NCBI GenBank assembly: GCA_963736045.1
Contig: CAVTNK010000006.1
Coordinates: 104,124 to 168,123 of the forward strand
Direction: 5' to 3'
Origin: an uncultured Actinomycetes bacterium
Lineage (GTDB): Bacteria > Actinomycetota > Thermoleophilia > Gaiellales > Gaiellaceae
DNA length: 64,000 nt
Shown here: positions 37,864-47,467 of the stretch, one piece after another
How positions within the stretch are numbered: the first letter of the stretch is position 1
Layout of the letters: each line of letters opens with the position of its first letter
Position numbers and translations under genes: made by a program
Notes under the pieces: generated by a model
Databases searched by the model: none
Seen by the model: only the letters and a program-made list of their open reading frames with translations
What the model was told of the DNA's origin: nothing

Positions 37864-39909
37864 ATGCGTGCGCTGTGGATCGCGGTTTTGTACGTTGCCA
37901 GGGTGGGGTCGTATCCTCATCTGTTTTCTGAGTGGCGGATCCGGAACACGACGATCCCGAACCGGGTCGTTTTCGCACCGACCTGCCCGACCTGGGTGAC
38001 GAGCCCGTACGAGGGCAGATTCACCGAGCAGGCGGTCGCGTACTACGAGGAGCGAGCGAAGGGCGGCTGCGGGCTGATCATCATCGGTGGCACGGTCATC
38101 CACCCGAGCGCGATGTACTCGCCGTTCCTGTTTCCGGGCTTGTGGGAGGACGGGCAGATCGAGCCGCTCGCGCGGGTTGCCGAGGCGGTCCATCGTCACG
38201 GCTGCAAGATCACGTGCCAGCTGCTGCACGTCGGACTGCGCGCCTCGGCGGTCAACAAGACGGATCCCGCCTACGACTTCGACGCGGACTGGTACATGGT
38301 CGCGCCGAGCCAGGTGCCGCCGGGCGAGTATCCGAACGCGCCGATGCCGAAGGAGCTGGAAGGGGAGGAGATCGAGCGGATCCTCGGCTGGTACGAAGAC
38401 GCGGCGCGTCGCGCGATCGCGGCCGGTCTCGACGGTGTCGAGTTCCACATGTCGCACGGCTACCTGCCCTGGCAATTCCTGTCGCCGCTCTACAACCAGC
38501 GGCATGACGAGTGGGGCGGGTCGTACGAGAATCGGCTCCGCTTCCCGATCGAGGCGTTGAGACGGATCCGGGCTGCGATCGGCGACGAGCCGTTCCTCGG
38601 CTACCGGATCAACTCGACGTCGTTCTGGCCGGGCGACCTCGAACTCGACGACGTCAAGCGGATCGTCGCCGACCTCGAGCGCGAGGCTGACATTGATTTC
38701 GTCGATCTCTCGGCTGGCGTCCACCACTCGTACATCCACACGCCGATGACGTACGAGGATGGTTGGGAGCGCGAGTACACGCGTGCGGTGAAGACCGTCT
38801 CGTCCAAGCCGGTGCTGCTCGTCGGCCGGATCACGAACCCGTCCGTCGCGGAGGAGCTGCTCGCGGCCGGGGACGCCGACGCGATCCTGCTGGCAAGGCA
38901 GTTGTTCGCGGACGGCGAGTGGGCGAACAAGGCGAGGGAGGGCCGCGAGGATGACATCCGCCGCTGCGTCGCCGCCAATTTCTGCTGGCGCTCGGTGATC
39001 CGCGGTGGGCGCGTCCAGTGCATCTACAACCCGACCGTCGGACGGGAGCAGAAGTGGGGTGCAGGCACGCTCGAGCTGGTCGGCGCCCCGAAGCGCGTGC
39101 TGGTCGCAGGCGCAGGACCGGCGGGGCTCGAGTACGCGCGGGTCGCCGCTGCGCGCGGGCACGAGGTGGTCGTCTACGAGCGCGAGGAGGAAGTCGGCGG
39201 CCACGTCCGCGCCCTTTCGAGGCTGCCTGGGCGGGCGCCGTTCTCAGGCGTCGCGGAGTGGCTCGTCCAGCAGGCGCGCGGGAATGGGGCGGAAATCCGC
39301 ACGGCCACCGAGGCGACCGCCGAGACATGTGAGGGCTTCGACCACGTCGTCGTCGCGACCGGCGCCCGTTACCTTGCCGACGGTTTCCAGGGCCAGACGG
39401 CTGGGCCGCTACCAGGGCACGAGACCGGGAACTGTGTCAGCTGGGATGACGTCGCGCTCGAGCGGGTCGAGCCGTCGGGAGCGGTGCTCGTTCTCGACGA
39501 CCTCCAGGACGCTGCCGGGCCGCTGACCGCGGTGAAGCTCGCGGAGGCCGGCGCCTCGGTCCGCCTCGTCACCAGGTGGCCGATGTTCGGGATGGAAACG
39601 ATTCCCGAGGTGTACTTCATCTGGATCCAGTCGCGGCTTTACGAGGCGGCCGTTGAGCTGACGGTCGACCACTTCGTCGAACGGATCGAACACGACCGGG
39701 TGACGCTTTTCAACGTGTACCAGCCGGACCGCCGTGAGGAAATCCAGGCCGACTGGGTCGTGATGGCGACCGGGCGGCGCTCGGAGAACAACCTGTACCG
39801 GGAACTGAAGACGCGCGGCGCGAGCGTCGAGTCGATCGGCGACGCGGTCGCGCCACGCGGCACCTACGAGGCCGTCTACGAAGGCCACCGCCAAGCGCGG
39901 AAACTCTAA
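37864..39909 (+). CDS. Two-domain flavoenzyme: Old-Yellow-Enzyme-like NADH:flavin oxidoreductase plus FAD/NAD(P)-binding domain (2,4-dienoyl-CoA reductase-like)
   Basis: YPHLFSEWRIRNTTIPNRVVFAP, GCGLIIIGG, GVEFHMSHGYLPWQFLSP, and a second Rossmann motif VLVAGAGPAGLEYA. Start at ATG 37864 or GTG 37903. Confidence 0.8.
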   Translation: MRALWIAVLYVARVGSYPHLFSEWRIRNTTIPNRVVFAPTCPTWVTSPYEGRFTEQAVAYYEERAKGGCGLIIIGGTVIHPSAMYSPFLFPGLWEDGQIEPLARVAEAVHRHGCKITCQLLHVGLRASAVNKTDPAYDFDADWYMVAPSQVPPGEYPNAPMPKELEGEEIERILGWYEDAARRAIAAGLDGVEFHMSHGYLPWQFLSPLYNQRHDEWGGSYENRLRFPIEALRRIRAAIGDEPFLGYRINSTSFWPGDLELDDVKRIVADLEREADIDFVDLSAGVHHSYIHTPMTYEDGWEREYTRAVKTVSSKPVLLVGRITNPSVAEELLAAGDADAILLARQLFADGEWANKAREGREDDIRRCVAANFCWRSVIRGGRVQCIYNPTVGREQKWGAGTLELVGAPKRVLVAGAGPAGLEYARVAAARGHEVVVYEREEEVGGHVRALSRLPGRAPFSGVAEWLVQQARGNGAEIRTATEATAETCEGFDHVVVATGARYLADGFQGQTAGPLPGHETGNCVSWDDVALERVEPSGAVLVLDDLQDAAGPLTAVKLAEAGASVRLVTRWPMFGMETIPEVYFIWIQSRLYEAAVELTVDHFVERIEHDRVTLFNVYQPDRREEIQADWVVMATGRRSENNLYRELKTRGASVESIGDAVAPRGTYEAVYEGHRQARKL

Positions 39910-39961
39910 CCGGCACCGCCCTCGGTCGAGGGAGTCTTTGGATCCGAGGGTGCTTCCAGGT

Positions 39962-40666
39962 CTACGCGGCGGTTGCTGGGGAGCCTTGCCGTTCGCGGAT
40001 GAAGATGAGCACGCTGACGACGATGGTCCAACCGAGTAGGCCAAAGAGGATGAACCAGCCGATCGGTGTGACGGCGATGATCCCGAATACGATCGCGATC
40101 CAGCCCAGCCATCTCGGTAGCACCTTGCTGCGAACGATTGTGAGGCCGTTCGCGAACAGGAACACGCCGAGGCCGATGAAGAACGCGAAGAAGACGTCGT
40201 TGGCGAGGACGTTCAGGGTCTGCTCGGCGGCAGGCGTGATCTTGTCGGGAACGTCGGCGGCGGCGTAGTTGAGCCCGGCCAGGGTCGCGGTGCCGACGGC
40301 GAACACGATCATGCCGGCAAAGCCGAGCGTGATCAGCCCGTCCGGGCCTGACCGGGCCCGTAAGTGGGAGCGAAGCGCGGCGGCGAAGAACAGCGCGAAG
40401 ATCACGCTGTAGGCGATCAGGATGGCGGAGGCGACCTGGCTGTTCCGGTTCGACTCGTAAAACGAGACCACATGCTGAACGGACGCGTCAGAGTCCGGTG
40501 TGCTCCCGCCGACAGCGAACCCCGCGACTATCAACCCCACGAAAGCAAGCCCCGTCAACGGTGCCAGCCGACTCCAATGACCCTTCACGCGACCATCCTT
40601 TCCGCGGGTCGCATCGAACCCGGCGACAATCGACCACACCAAGCCTCTGACGTCTGCTTCGTGCAA
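39962..40666 (-). CDS. Integral membrane protein of unknown function
   Basis: About 6 TM helices. Likely start is the GTG at 40588 (VKGHWSRLAPLTGLAFVGLIV). Confidence 0.5.
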   Translation of the reverse strand: MHEADVRGLVWSIVAGFDATRGKDGRVKGHWSRLAPLTGLAFVGLIVAGFAVGGSTPDSDASVQHVVSFYESNRNSQVASAILIAYSVIFALFFAAALRSHLRARSGPDGLITLGFAGMIVFAVGTATLAGLNYAAADVPDKITPAAEQTLNVLANDVFFAFFIGLGVFLFANGLTIVRSKVLPRWLGWIAIVFGIIAVTPIGWFILFGLLGWTIVVSVLIFIRERQGSPATAA

Positions 40667-40799
40667 ACAAAACGCCCGACCTCGACTGCGACACGCTTGG
40701 TCTTGCGACCCTGCGAACCACTGTCTCGGCCGGGCCTGACGACTCTCTCACCGCGGCGCGACGAAGTCAAGCGGCGGGCAGGCCCGGTCGGCTGCGGGC

Positions 40800-41267
40800 T
40801 TACTGGTCGGTGGCGGTTACGCCGAGGGTGTTGGCGATCTCGTTGATCGCTTGTTGCTCGTTGTCGCTGACGCGTTCGCCGCTGAGTCCGAGTGGTCCTT
40901 CGCGGTGGGCGTCGGCGACACGTTGGGCGAGGTTGAGCACGAACTGCTTGTAGTCGGCCTGCTCGTCGGGCGTTGCTTTCTGCTCGAGCAGCCGGAGCGC
41001 CTCCCGCAGGTCTTCGAGTGCGTGTTGGCGCAGTTCGTCGATCGAGTGGTGACGGGTGTGGTCGAGCTCTGGTTTGCCGGCCACGATCTCGTCCAACAGT
41101 TCGCTCTCACCGTGCTGTTGGCGGGCTTCGACGTAGCTCTTGGCGATCGATAGCGTCTCCCTGATCGTGCCGCCCCGCTGAGCGGTGACGACGAACATGC
41201 CCGCGCTTGGCGGTCCCTGCAGTACCTGCTCCCACTCCTCCACTGTGAAATCGGCCTTCCCGGTCAT
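40800..41267 (-). CDS. Small TerB-like/unknown soluble protein
   Basis: 155 aa. FTVEEWEQVLQGPPSAGMFVV...SDNEQQAINEIANTLGV resembles TerB-type helical bundles. A-ending codons are enriched relative to the upstream gene. Confidence 0.4.
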   Translation of the reverse strand: MTGKADFTVEEWEQVLQGPPSAGMFVVTAQRGGTIRETLSIAKSYVEARQQHGESELLDEIVAGKPELDHTRHHSIDELRQHALEDLREALRLLEQKATPDEQADYKQFVLNLAQRVADAHREGPLGLSGERVSDNEQQAINEIANTLGVTATDQ

Positions 41268-41339
41268 GCGCAGCCGTCCCTTCCGAATCGGTGAACAGGG
41301 AGCGTACGGGCAAGGGGACCGATCGGCGGCCGAGTTGCG

Positions 41340-44300
41340 TTAGGAGGCGGCGGCGGTTGTCTGCTCGAGCAGTCGTTGTGCCTCGGCGAGTGCGGGGCGG
41401 TAACCGATCGATGTGAACAGGTCGCTCGCCTGACGGAGCGATTCCTCCGCTCCCGCATGGTCGACCACGATGAGGCAGCGGCCGTGGCCGAGCAGGGCGT
41501 AGGCGCGCTCGGGTACGTTCCCGAACTCGCGCCCGCGTTCGGCTGCCTCGGCATACAGAGTCGAGGCCTCGACGCGATCGCTTGCTGCTTCGGCGAGTGC
41601 GGCGCGGGCGGCGACGAGCGCGTGCTCCTGGAGCGGCGTGTGTGGCTCGAAGGCGTCCGTGATCTCGGCGGCGAGCTCCGGACCAGAAGACGCGAGCGCG
41701 CAGCGCACGAGCTCGGGTAACAGGCTGTAGCTAGAGGTCCCGAGCACACCTGGAACCTGCGCCAGTTCACGCAACAACGCTTCCGCTAGATCCGGTCGTC
41801 CGGCGGTGAGCAGGTGCTGCGCGGCAGCGCCGAGGCCGAAGCCGATCTCCCACGGGACGCCGGTGCTTCGGGCGCGGTCGGCTAGCCGCTCCCCTGCGCC
41901 CGCCGATTGCGCTTCCTCGCCGCGGTGCGCGAGCAGACGGAGTTGCACGGACCGCGCCACGGTTAGCGCCGGGATGTTGCCGGTCGCCTCCGCCCGCTCG
42001 ACCAGCGACTCTGCGTCGGCCAGCGCCTCGTCGCAGCGGCCGAGGTCGGTGAGGTAGACGGGCCTGAAGCTGGCGAGGCTGAGTGCAACCTCGCCGATGC
42101 CGCGCCGCTCACAAAACTCGATCCCTTCGCGAGTGGTAGTGAGCGCCGCCTCCGGTCCCTCGTAATGCCAGGAAGCCTCTGCGAGGTTGGCGTAGTGGAC
42201 ACCGGCTTCGCGGCCCTTGCCTCGCTCGAGCGAGAGCGCGAGTGCTCGGCGTATGTCTTCCAGGCCCTGTCGCTCGCCCAGGAGACAGCGGGCACCGCCG
42301 CCGAAGCCGAGGGCGCGCGACGGCTCGGGCAGGCCAAGCTTTGAAGCGAGCAGACTCGACTGCTCCGAAGTCGCGATCGCCTCTGGATAGGCCGCATCCT
42401 CGAAGCGCACCCCTGCCAGCTCGGCGTAGGCGGCCACGAGCTCGGGGCCGGGCGGCTGCCCCTCGAGCAGTTCCAGGCTGTCGGTAATTGCCTGCTTCCG
42501 GCGCGGATCGCCGAGCGCCCAGAGGACTGCGACGAGCCCGGTCAGCGCGCGCCCGGCGGCGAGCGGCTCCCGTTCCTGACGGTAGAGCGCGATGGCCTCC
42601 TCTAGCGCTCCCTTCGCCTCCTCTAGCCGACCCTGCTGCTGCGCCGCCTGCGACCAGCGCTCGAGCAGCGTTGCCCGCCGCGGGTGACCTTCGGGGGCGA
42701 GCTCGAGTGCCAGGGCCAGGCTCGCCTCGGCGCTTCGCACGTCGAGCGCGAGCGCCCGCTCTCCGGCGAGAGCGAGATAGCGAATGGCTGCTGCCTCCAG
42801 TTCCGCCGTCTCATCCGCTTGCCCGGCCGCTCGTGCGAGCTCGAGCGCAGTCAGGTAGTGGTGGGCGAGTACGTCCGCCAGATCTTCGACCCGCTCGCCG
42901 GCCTTGTGCTCGATCCAGGCGGCGGCAGCACGGTGGCGGGCTGCGCGCTCCGCTCTCGGGATCTGCCCATAACAGACGTCCCTGACCAGCACATGCCAGA
43001 AGCCGTACTCCTGCTCACCCTGGATGGAGCTCGAGCGGGCGGGGCGGACGAGCTCCTTGCGGGACAGTTCGTGCAATGCCTGCTCGACCTCGCGCAGGTC
43101 ACGGTCTCCCATCTCGGCCAGCGCGCCAGCCCAGAACACCTTGCCGACAACCGACGCGTCCTGGAGCAGGCTCTTCCTCTCCGCCGACAGCGTGTCCAAA
43201 CGTGCGGCGATCAGTGCCTGCACCGAGTCGGGGACCTCCGCGACGGCGTCGCTCAATTGCTCGCGATCGGCGAGCAGGCGCACGAACTCTTCCGCATACA
43301 GCGGGTTCCCGCCCGCGCGCTCGAGCAGCGCCTGCTGTGTCTCCGCCGGCAACACCACTCGCTCCAGCAGCGAGGCGACAAGTCGTGCGGTCTCCTCTTC
43401 GGTCAGCGGAGGAAGATTGATCGTCGTCGCGTTGCGCAGCCCGGCCGCCCAGGTTGCACGCTGCTCGTACAGCTCAGGCCGGGCGGTGCAGAGAAGAAGC
43501 AACGGCACTCCCTGCGACCAGTCGGCCAGGTACTCGAGAAATGAGAGGAGAGCCGTGTCCGCCCAGTGCAAGTCCTCGAACACGAGCACCGTCTCGCGAT
43601 CTGCGGCCAGCGACTCCAGGAAGCGCCGCCAGGCCGAAAACGACTCCTCCTGCGAGGCCGGCTCCGCCGGGGCGCCGACAAGCGGAGCCAGGCGCGCCTT
43701 GAGCCAGACGCGGTCCGGATCGCCGACCGGAACCGCACGCTCGAGCTTGGCCGCCGCCTGATCAGGTGAGTCGGACTCGAGGATGCCGCACTGCGCCTTC
43801 ACGATCTCACCCAGTGCCCAAAATGCGATCCCCTCCCCGTAAGGAAGGCAGCGACCCTGCCGCCACCTGACCAGACCGCGGCGATCCTCGATGTAGCCCA
43901 ACAGCTCCGCACACAGGCGGCTCTTCCCTACACCCGGCTCACCCACGATCGTCACCAACTGGCACGAGCGCTGCTGCGCGGAACGCTCGAACGTGCCGAT
44001 CAAGAGCGGCTTCTCCAGCTCCCTCCCCACGAGCGGAGCCGCGTGCGTGCGGATCACGTCCGAGCCAAAGCGGGAGCGGGCCTGTAGCGGACGCCACATC
44101 GCGACCGGCTCCGCCTTGCCCTTCACCTCGACAGGCTCCAGCTCCTCGAAATCGAACACGCGCTCCGTCCGCCGGTACGTCTGCTCCGACACCGCCACCC
44201 CACCCACCGGCGCCACCGACTGCAACCGCGCCGCCGTATTCACCACATCCCCCGCCACTAACCCCTCACCCAACTCGGGACGAGCCCCCAGCGCCACCAC

Positions 44301-44729
44301 CGCCTCACCCGTGTTGATCCCCACCCGGACCTGAAGCGACAGCGCGGGGTCTGCCTCGTTCAGCTCGCTGATCGCTTCCAGAATGCGCAGCCCAGCTCGC
44401 ACCGCCCGCTCAGCATCGTCCTCATGCGCCACGGGAGCCCCGAACACCGCCATCACGGCATCCCCGACGAACTTCTCCACCGTCCCCCCATAGCGCTCGA
44501 TCTCTTCACGCAGGCGCGAGTGGTAAGGGCGCAGCCGATCCCTCACATCTTCCGGGTCGGACGCGTCCGAGGCGGCCGTGAAGCCGACCAGGTCACAGAA
44601 CAACACGCACACCACCTTGCGCTCCTCGAGGGCTGACGACGGCGCGGCCCCAGCGAGTGGCGTAGCGCACTCATTGCAGAACTTCGCGCCCTCGGGATTC
44701 TCCTCGCCGCAGGCCGGGCAGACCGCCAC
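41340..44729 (-). CDS. Zn-ribbon, class III nucleotidyl cyclase, P-loop (AAA_16/STAND-like) ATPase and TPR multidomain signalling protein
   Basis: CPACGEENPEGAKFCNEC. Cyclase VLFCDLVGFTA...KFVGDAVMAVFG...RVGINTGEAVV...VVNTAARL. Walker A IVGEPGVGKSRL, LVFEDLHWAD, and a long TPR-like C-half. No LuxR HTH at the end. Confidence 0.85.
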   Translation of the reverse strand: MAVCPACGEENPEGAKFCNECATPLAGAAPSSALEERKVVCVLFCDLVGFTAASDASDPEDVRDRLRPYHSRLREEIERYGGTVEKFVGDAVMAVFGAPVAHEDDAERAVRAGLRILEAISELNEADPALSLQVRVGINTGEAVVALGARPELGEGLVAGDVVNTAARLQSVAPVGGVAVSEQTYRRTERVFDFEELEPVEVKGKAEPVAMWRPLQARSRFGSDVIRTHAAPLVGRELEKPLLIGTFERSAQQRSCQLVTIVGEPGVGKSRLCAELLGYIEDRRGLVRWRQGRCLPYGEGIAFWALGEIVKAQCGILESDSPDQAAAKLERAVPVGDPDRVWLKARLAPLVGAPAEPASQEESFSAWRRFLESLAADRETVLVFEDLHWADTALLSFLEYLADWSQGVPLLLLCTARPELYEQRATWAAGLRNATTINLPPLTEEETARLVASLLERVVLPAETQQALLERAGGNPLYAEEFVRLLADREQLSDAVAEVPDSVQALIAARLDTLSAERKSLLQDASVVGKVFWAGALAEMGDRDLREVEQALHELSRKELVRPARSSSIQGEQEYGFWHVLVRDVCYGQIPRAERAARHRAAAAWIEHKAGERVEDLADVLAHHYLTALELARAAGQADETAELEAAAIRYLALAGERALALDVRSAEASLALALELAPEGHPRRATLLERWSQAAQQQGRLEEAKGALEEAIALYRQEREPLAAGRALTGLVAVLWALGDPRRKQAITDSLELLEGQPPGPELVAAYAELAGVRFEDAAYPEAIATSEQSSLLASKLGLPEPSRALGFGGGARCLLGERQGLEDIRRALALSLERGKGREAGVHYANLAEASWHYEGPEAALTTTREGIEFCERRGIGEVALSLASFRPVYLTDLGRCDEALADAESLVERAEATGNIPALTVARSVQLRLLAHRGEEAQSAGAGERLADRARSTGVPWEIGFGLGAAAQHLLTAGRPDLAEALLRELAQVPGVLGTSSYSLLPELVRCALASSGPELAAEITDAFEPHTPLQEHALVAARAALAEAASDRVEASTLYAEAAERGREFGNVPERAYALLGHGRCLIVVDHAGAEESLRQASDLFTSIGYRPALAEAQRLLEQTTAAAS

Positions 44730-44799
44730 CAGCCGAGTCTAAGCTGCCGTGACCGGATGAGTCACCGTTTTGCCGGTCGCCGGCAGAGTACGTTCCGGG

Positions 44800-44828
44800 T
44801 TGACGCCTCTGCCTCGCGTTTGTAAGGT
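44800..44828 (+). promoter_or_regulatory. Sigma70-like promoter upstream of efeU
   Basis: TTGACG (44800-44805), 17-nt spacer, TAAGGT (44823-44828). The -10 lies inside the first palindrome. Confidence 0.45.
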
Positions 44829-44861
44829 GCGCCTTACACGACTTGTAAGGAACGCCTTACA
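44821..44861. promoter_or_regulatory. Two tandem perfect inverted repeats TGTAAGG-N4-CCTTACA (candidate operator pair)
   Basis: TGTAAGGtgcgCCTTACA at 44821-44838 and TGTAAGGaacgCCTTACA at 44844-44861. Centres are 23 bp apart, 30 nt upstream of the efeU ATG. Confidence 0.6.
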
Positions 44862-44890
44862 CCATGCGACGAGCTCGACGGTTCATCTAG

Positions 44891-45745
44891 ATGCTTCCGA
44901 CGTTTGTGATCGGTCTCCGTGAGGGGGTCGAGGCGTCGTTGATCGTTGGGATCGTGGCCGCGTTTCTGCGGCAGGAGGGGCGGCGGGACGCGTTGCGGTG
45001 GATGTGGGCGGGGATCGTGCTCGCGGTCGGGATCTGTGTCGCGGGTGGGGTCGCGCTCGAGCTCGTCAGCCGTAGCCTGCCGCAGGCCGAGCAGGAGGCG
45101 CTGGAGACGGTCGTCGGCGCGGTGGCTGTCGTGGCGGTGACGTTCATGATCGTGTGGATGCGTCGCCATGCGCGTGGCCTGCGCCAGACGCTCGAGGGTC
45201 AGGCTTCGAGAGCGCTGGCGAAGGGTTCGGTAGTGGCGTTGGTGGCGATGGCGTTCTTCGCCGTGATCCGCGAGGGGTTCGAGACGTCGGTCTTTCTGCT
45301 GGCTGCGTTCGACTCGTCGACGAGCCCGGTTGCTTCCGGTGCTGGTGCGTTGCTCGGGGTGCTGGCCGCGGTCGGGATCGGTTGGGGGATCTATCGGGGC
45401 GGTAGGCGTCTGAACCTGGCCCGGTTCTTCCGTGTGACGGGGGTTGTCTTGGTGCTGGTCGCGGCGGGGCTGGTCGCGACGGCGCTGCATACGGCGCACG
45501 AAGCGGGCTGGCTGAACGACCTACAGAGGCAGGCGTTCGATCTGCGCTGGCTTGTCGCCCCGGGGACTGTTCGCTCGTCGCTCTTGACCGGGGTGCTCGG
45601 CTTCCAGCCGCAGCCGGCGGTCGCCGAAGCGGTCGGGTACCTGCTCTATGCGTTGCCGATGGTCGTCTACGTGCTCTGGCCGTCTCGCCGGAGGCGGAGC
45701 AGGCAGCCGCGTCGCGAGGTGGTAACGGCCGGCAATCCAGCGTGA
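44891..45745 (+). CDS. efeU: Ferrous iron permease EfeU (FTR1 family)
   Basis: 284 aa intact. Two REGxE motifs (GLREGVEASL and VIREGFETSV). 7 TM helices. Confidence 0.85.
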   Translation: MLPTFVIGLREGVEASLIVGIVAAFLRQEGRRDALRWMWAGIVLAVGICVAGGVALELVSRSLPQAEQEALETVVGAVAVVAVTFMIVWMRRHARGLRQTLEGQASRALAKGSVVALVAMAFFAVIREGFETSVFLLAAFDSSTSPVASGAGALLGVLAAVGIGWGIYRGGRRLNLARFFRVTGVVLVLVAAGLVATALHTAHEAGWLNDLQRQAFDLRWLVAPGTVRSSLLTGVLGFQPQPAVAEAVGYLLYALPMVVYVLWPSRRRRSRQPRREVVTAGNPA

Positions 45746-46640
45746 CGTCAGCTCGATCGGTCGCCCTCGCCGCCATCGTCGGACTCATGGTCGCCGTGGC
45801 TGGCTGTGGCGGCGGCGGAGGAAACGCGCACGACCTCGGCCGTGTCGTCTCGGTGCGGCTGACCGACGCCGGGTGCGACCCGGCCACGTTGACGCTTGCT
45901 GCCGGCCCCGTGACGTTCGCGGTCGCAAACGACGGTGCAGAGGCTGTCAGCGAGTTCGAGATCCTCGACGGTGACCGGATCCTCGGCGAGATCGAGAACC
46001 TCGCCCCGGGTCTCGACGGCGCTTCTCGCTGACGCTCAAGCCTGGGAGCTACACCAGCTATTGCCGGGGCGGAACGACTGCTGAGCGCGGGACGCTGACG
46101 GTCACGGGCAATGCGGCGGGCCAGGGGTCAGCGGCAGCCGCGGCTGCGGTTGAGCGCTACCGAAGCTACGTCGAGAGACAAACGGCGCTGCTTCGCCTCC
46201 GAACGCGAGCCTTCGTCGGAGCGCTTCGTGCGGGGGATCTTCAGACGGCGAAACTGCGCTACGCGGCGGCTCGTGTTCCATACGAGCGGATCGAGCCGGT
46301 CGCGGAGAGCTTCGGCAACCTCGACCCCGCGATCGACGCGCGCGCCGGCGACGTCCCGGCCGACAGCTGGACCGGCTTTCACCCGATCGAGCAGACACCT
46401 GGGTGCACAACATGACCGCCGGCACCGGGGTGCTCGCGACCCGTCTGCTCAAGGATGTGACGACCCTGCAGGAGCGGGCACGGACGATCGAGTTCGAGCC
46501 GGCGCAGATCGCGAACGGCGCAGTCGAGCTGCTCGGCGAGGTCTCGAAGTCGAAGATCACCGGTGAGGAGGAGCGCTACTCACACATCGACCTCGTCGAC
46601 TTCCAGGCGAACGTCGACGCCGCCCGGGCTCGGCAAGGTA
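45742..46640 (+). pseudogene. efeO: Iron uptake component EfeO (cupredoxin plus M75 domain), frameshifted and 3'-truncated
   Basis: GTGA-coupled start, lipobox VAGCGG, cupredoxin part, RYRSYVERQTALL, WTGFHPIE (HxxE), ELLGEVSKSKITGEEERYSH. Frame changes near 46030 and 46400. The C-terminus runs straight into mid-efeB sequence. Confidence 0.7.
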
Positions 46641-47121
46641 CGTCTCGCGCAGCTCGCTGACCTTCCTCTCTTCGCCGGTGACGAGCTCGACCCCGACCGC
46701 TCAGGTGGTGACCTCGCCGTTCAGGCCTGCGCTGACGACCCGCAGGTCGCCTTCCACGCCGTCCGCAACCTGACGCGTATCGGTCGTGGCGCGATCGTGA
46801 TGCGCTGGTCGCAACTCGGCTTCGGCCGGACATCGTCGACCAGCCGGGCGCAGGACACGCCGCGCAACCTGATGGGCTTCAAGGACGGCACCAACAACAT
46901 CAAGCTCGAAGACAGAGCTGCGCTCGGCGAGCACGTCTGGGTCGGCCGGGCCGACCAGCCGGCCTGGATGAGCGGGGCATCTCGCCGGATCGGACGCGCT
47001 CAACGAATACATCAAGCACACCGGCAGCGCTGTCTTGGCCTGCCCACCCGGCACACGACCCGGCGGCTACCTGGGCGAGACGCTCCTCTACCCCGCCCGG
47101 CTGATCGGCCAGAAACGGTGA
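46641..47121 (+). pseudogene. efeB: Remnant of Dyp-type peroxidase EfeB (two large internal deletions)
   Basis: Only LPLFAGDELDPDRSGGDLAVQACADDPQVAFHA...RWSQLGFGR...GFKDGTNN...AWMSG and the C-terminal LNEYIKHTGSAVLACPPG survive. That is about 160 codons, against roughly 400 expected for the family. Confidence 0.65.
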
Positions 47122-47417
47122 CGCGGCGGCGCTTCCTCCGCAGCTCGGCTTGGTGTGCTGGCTCGAATCGGGCGGCCGGCACGGCGGCCCAGTCCGACTG
47201 GTTTTCGGGAGGGAGGTCGAGTCGTGGCGGAGACGGTGGACGGGGTCGCATCGGACGAGGCCGTGGCCGAGGAGTCCCCTGGGGACGAGAGGATGCGGGT
47301 GCGGACGCGGACGGGGCTGGAGAGGCCGAGGAGGTCAAGGCCTCGGAACTGCTCGAGCAGGTCGGACGCGACAGGCCGATTCGGCTTCCGATTGGTGGTC
47401 TGGTGAGCTTCCCAGCC

Positions 47418-47444
47418 GCCCCTCGGGAACGTCCCTCGAGGGGC
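47418..47444. terminator. Hairpin between the efeB remnant and the convergent methyltransferase gene
   Basis: GCCCCTCG, 11-nt loop, CGAGGGGC. Confidence 0.35.
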
Positions 47445-47467
47445 TCTGAACATCGATCCAGTACCGA

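Noticed and set aside
37834-39204. 456-aa minus-strand ORF
   Set aside because: Antisense to the OYE-type flavoenzyme gene, with no motifs.
47122-47417. Several overlapping 80-130-aa ORFs on both strands downstream of the efeB remnant
   Set aside because: All are low-complexity (Arg/Gly/Ser/Pro) with no RBS or motifs. The region may be further efe debris, and it is left unannotated.
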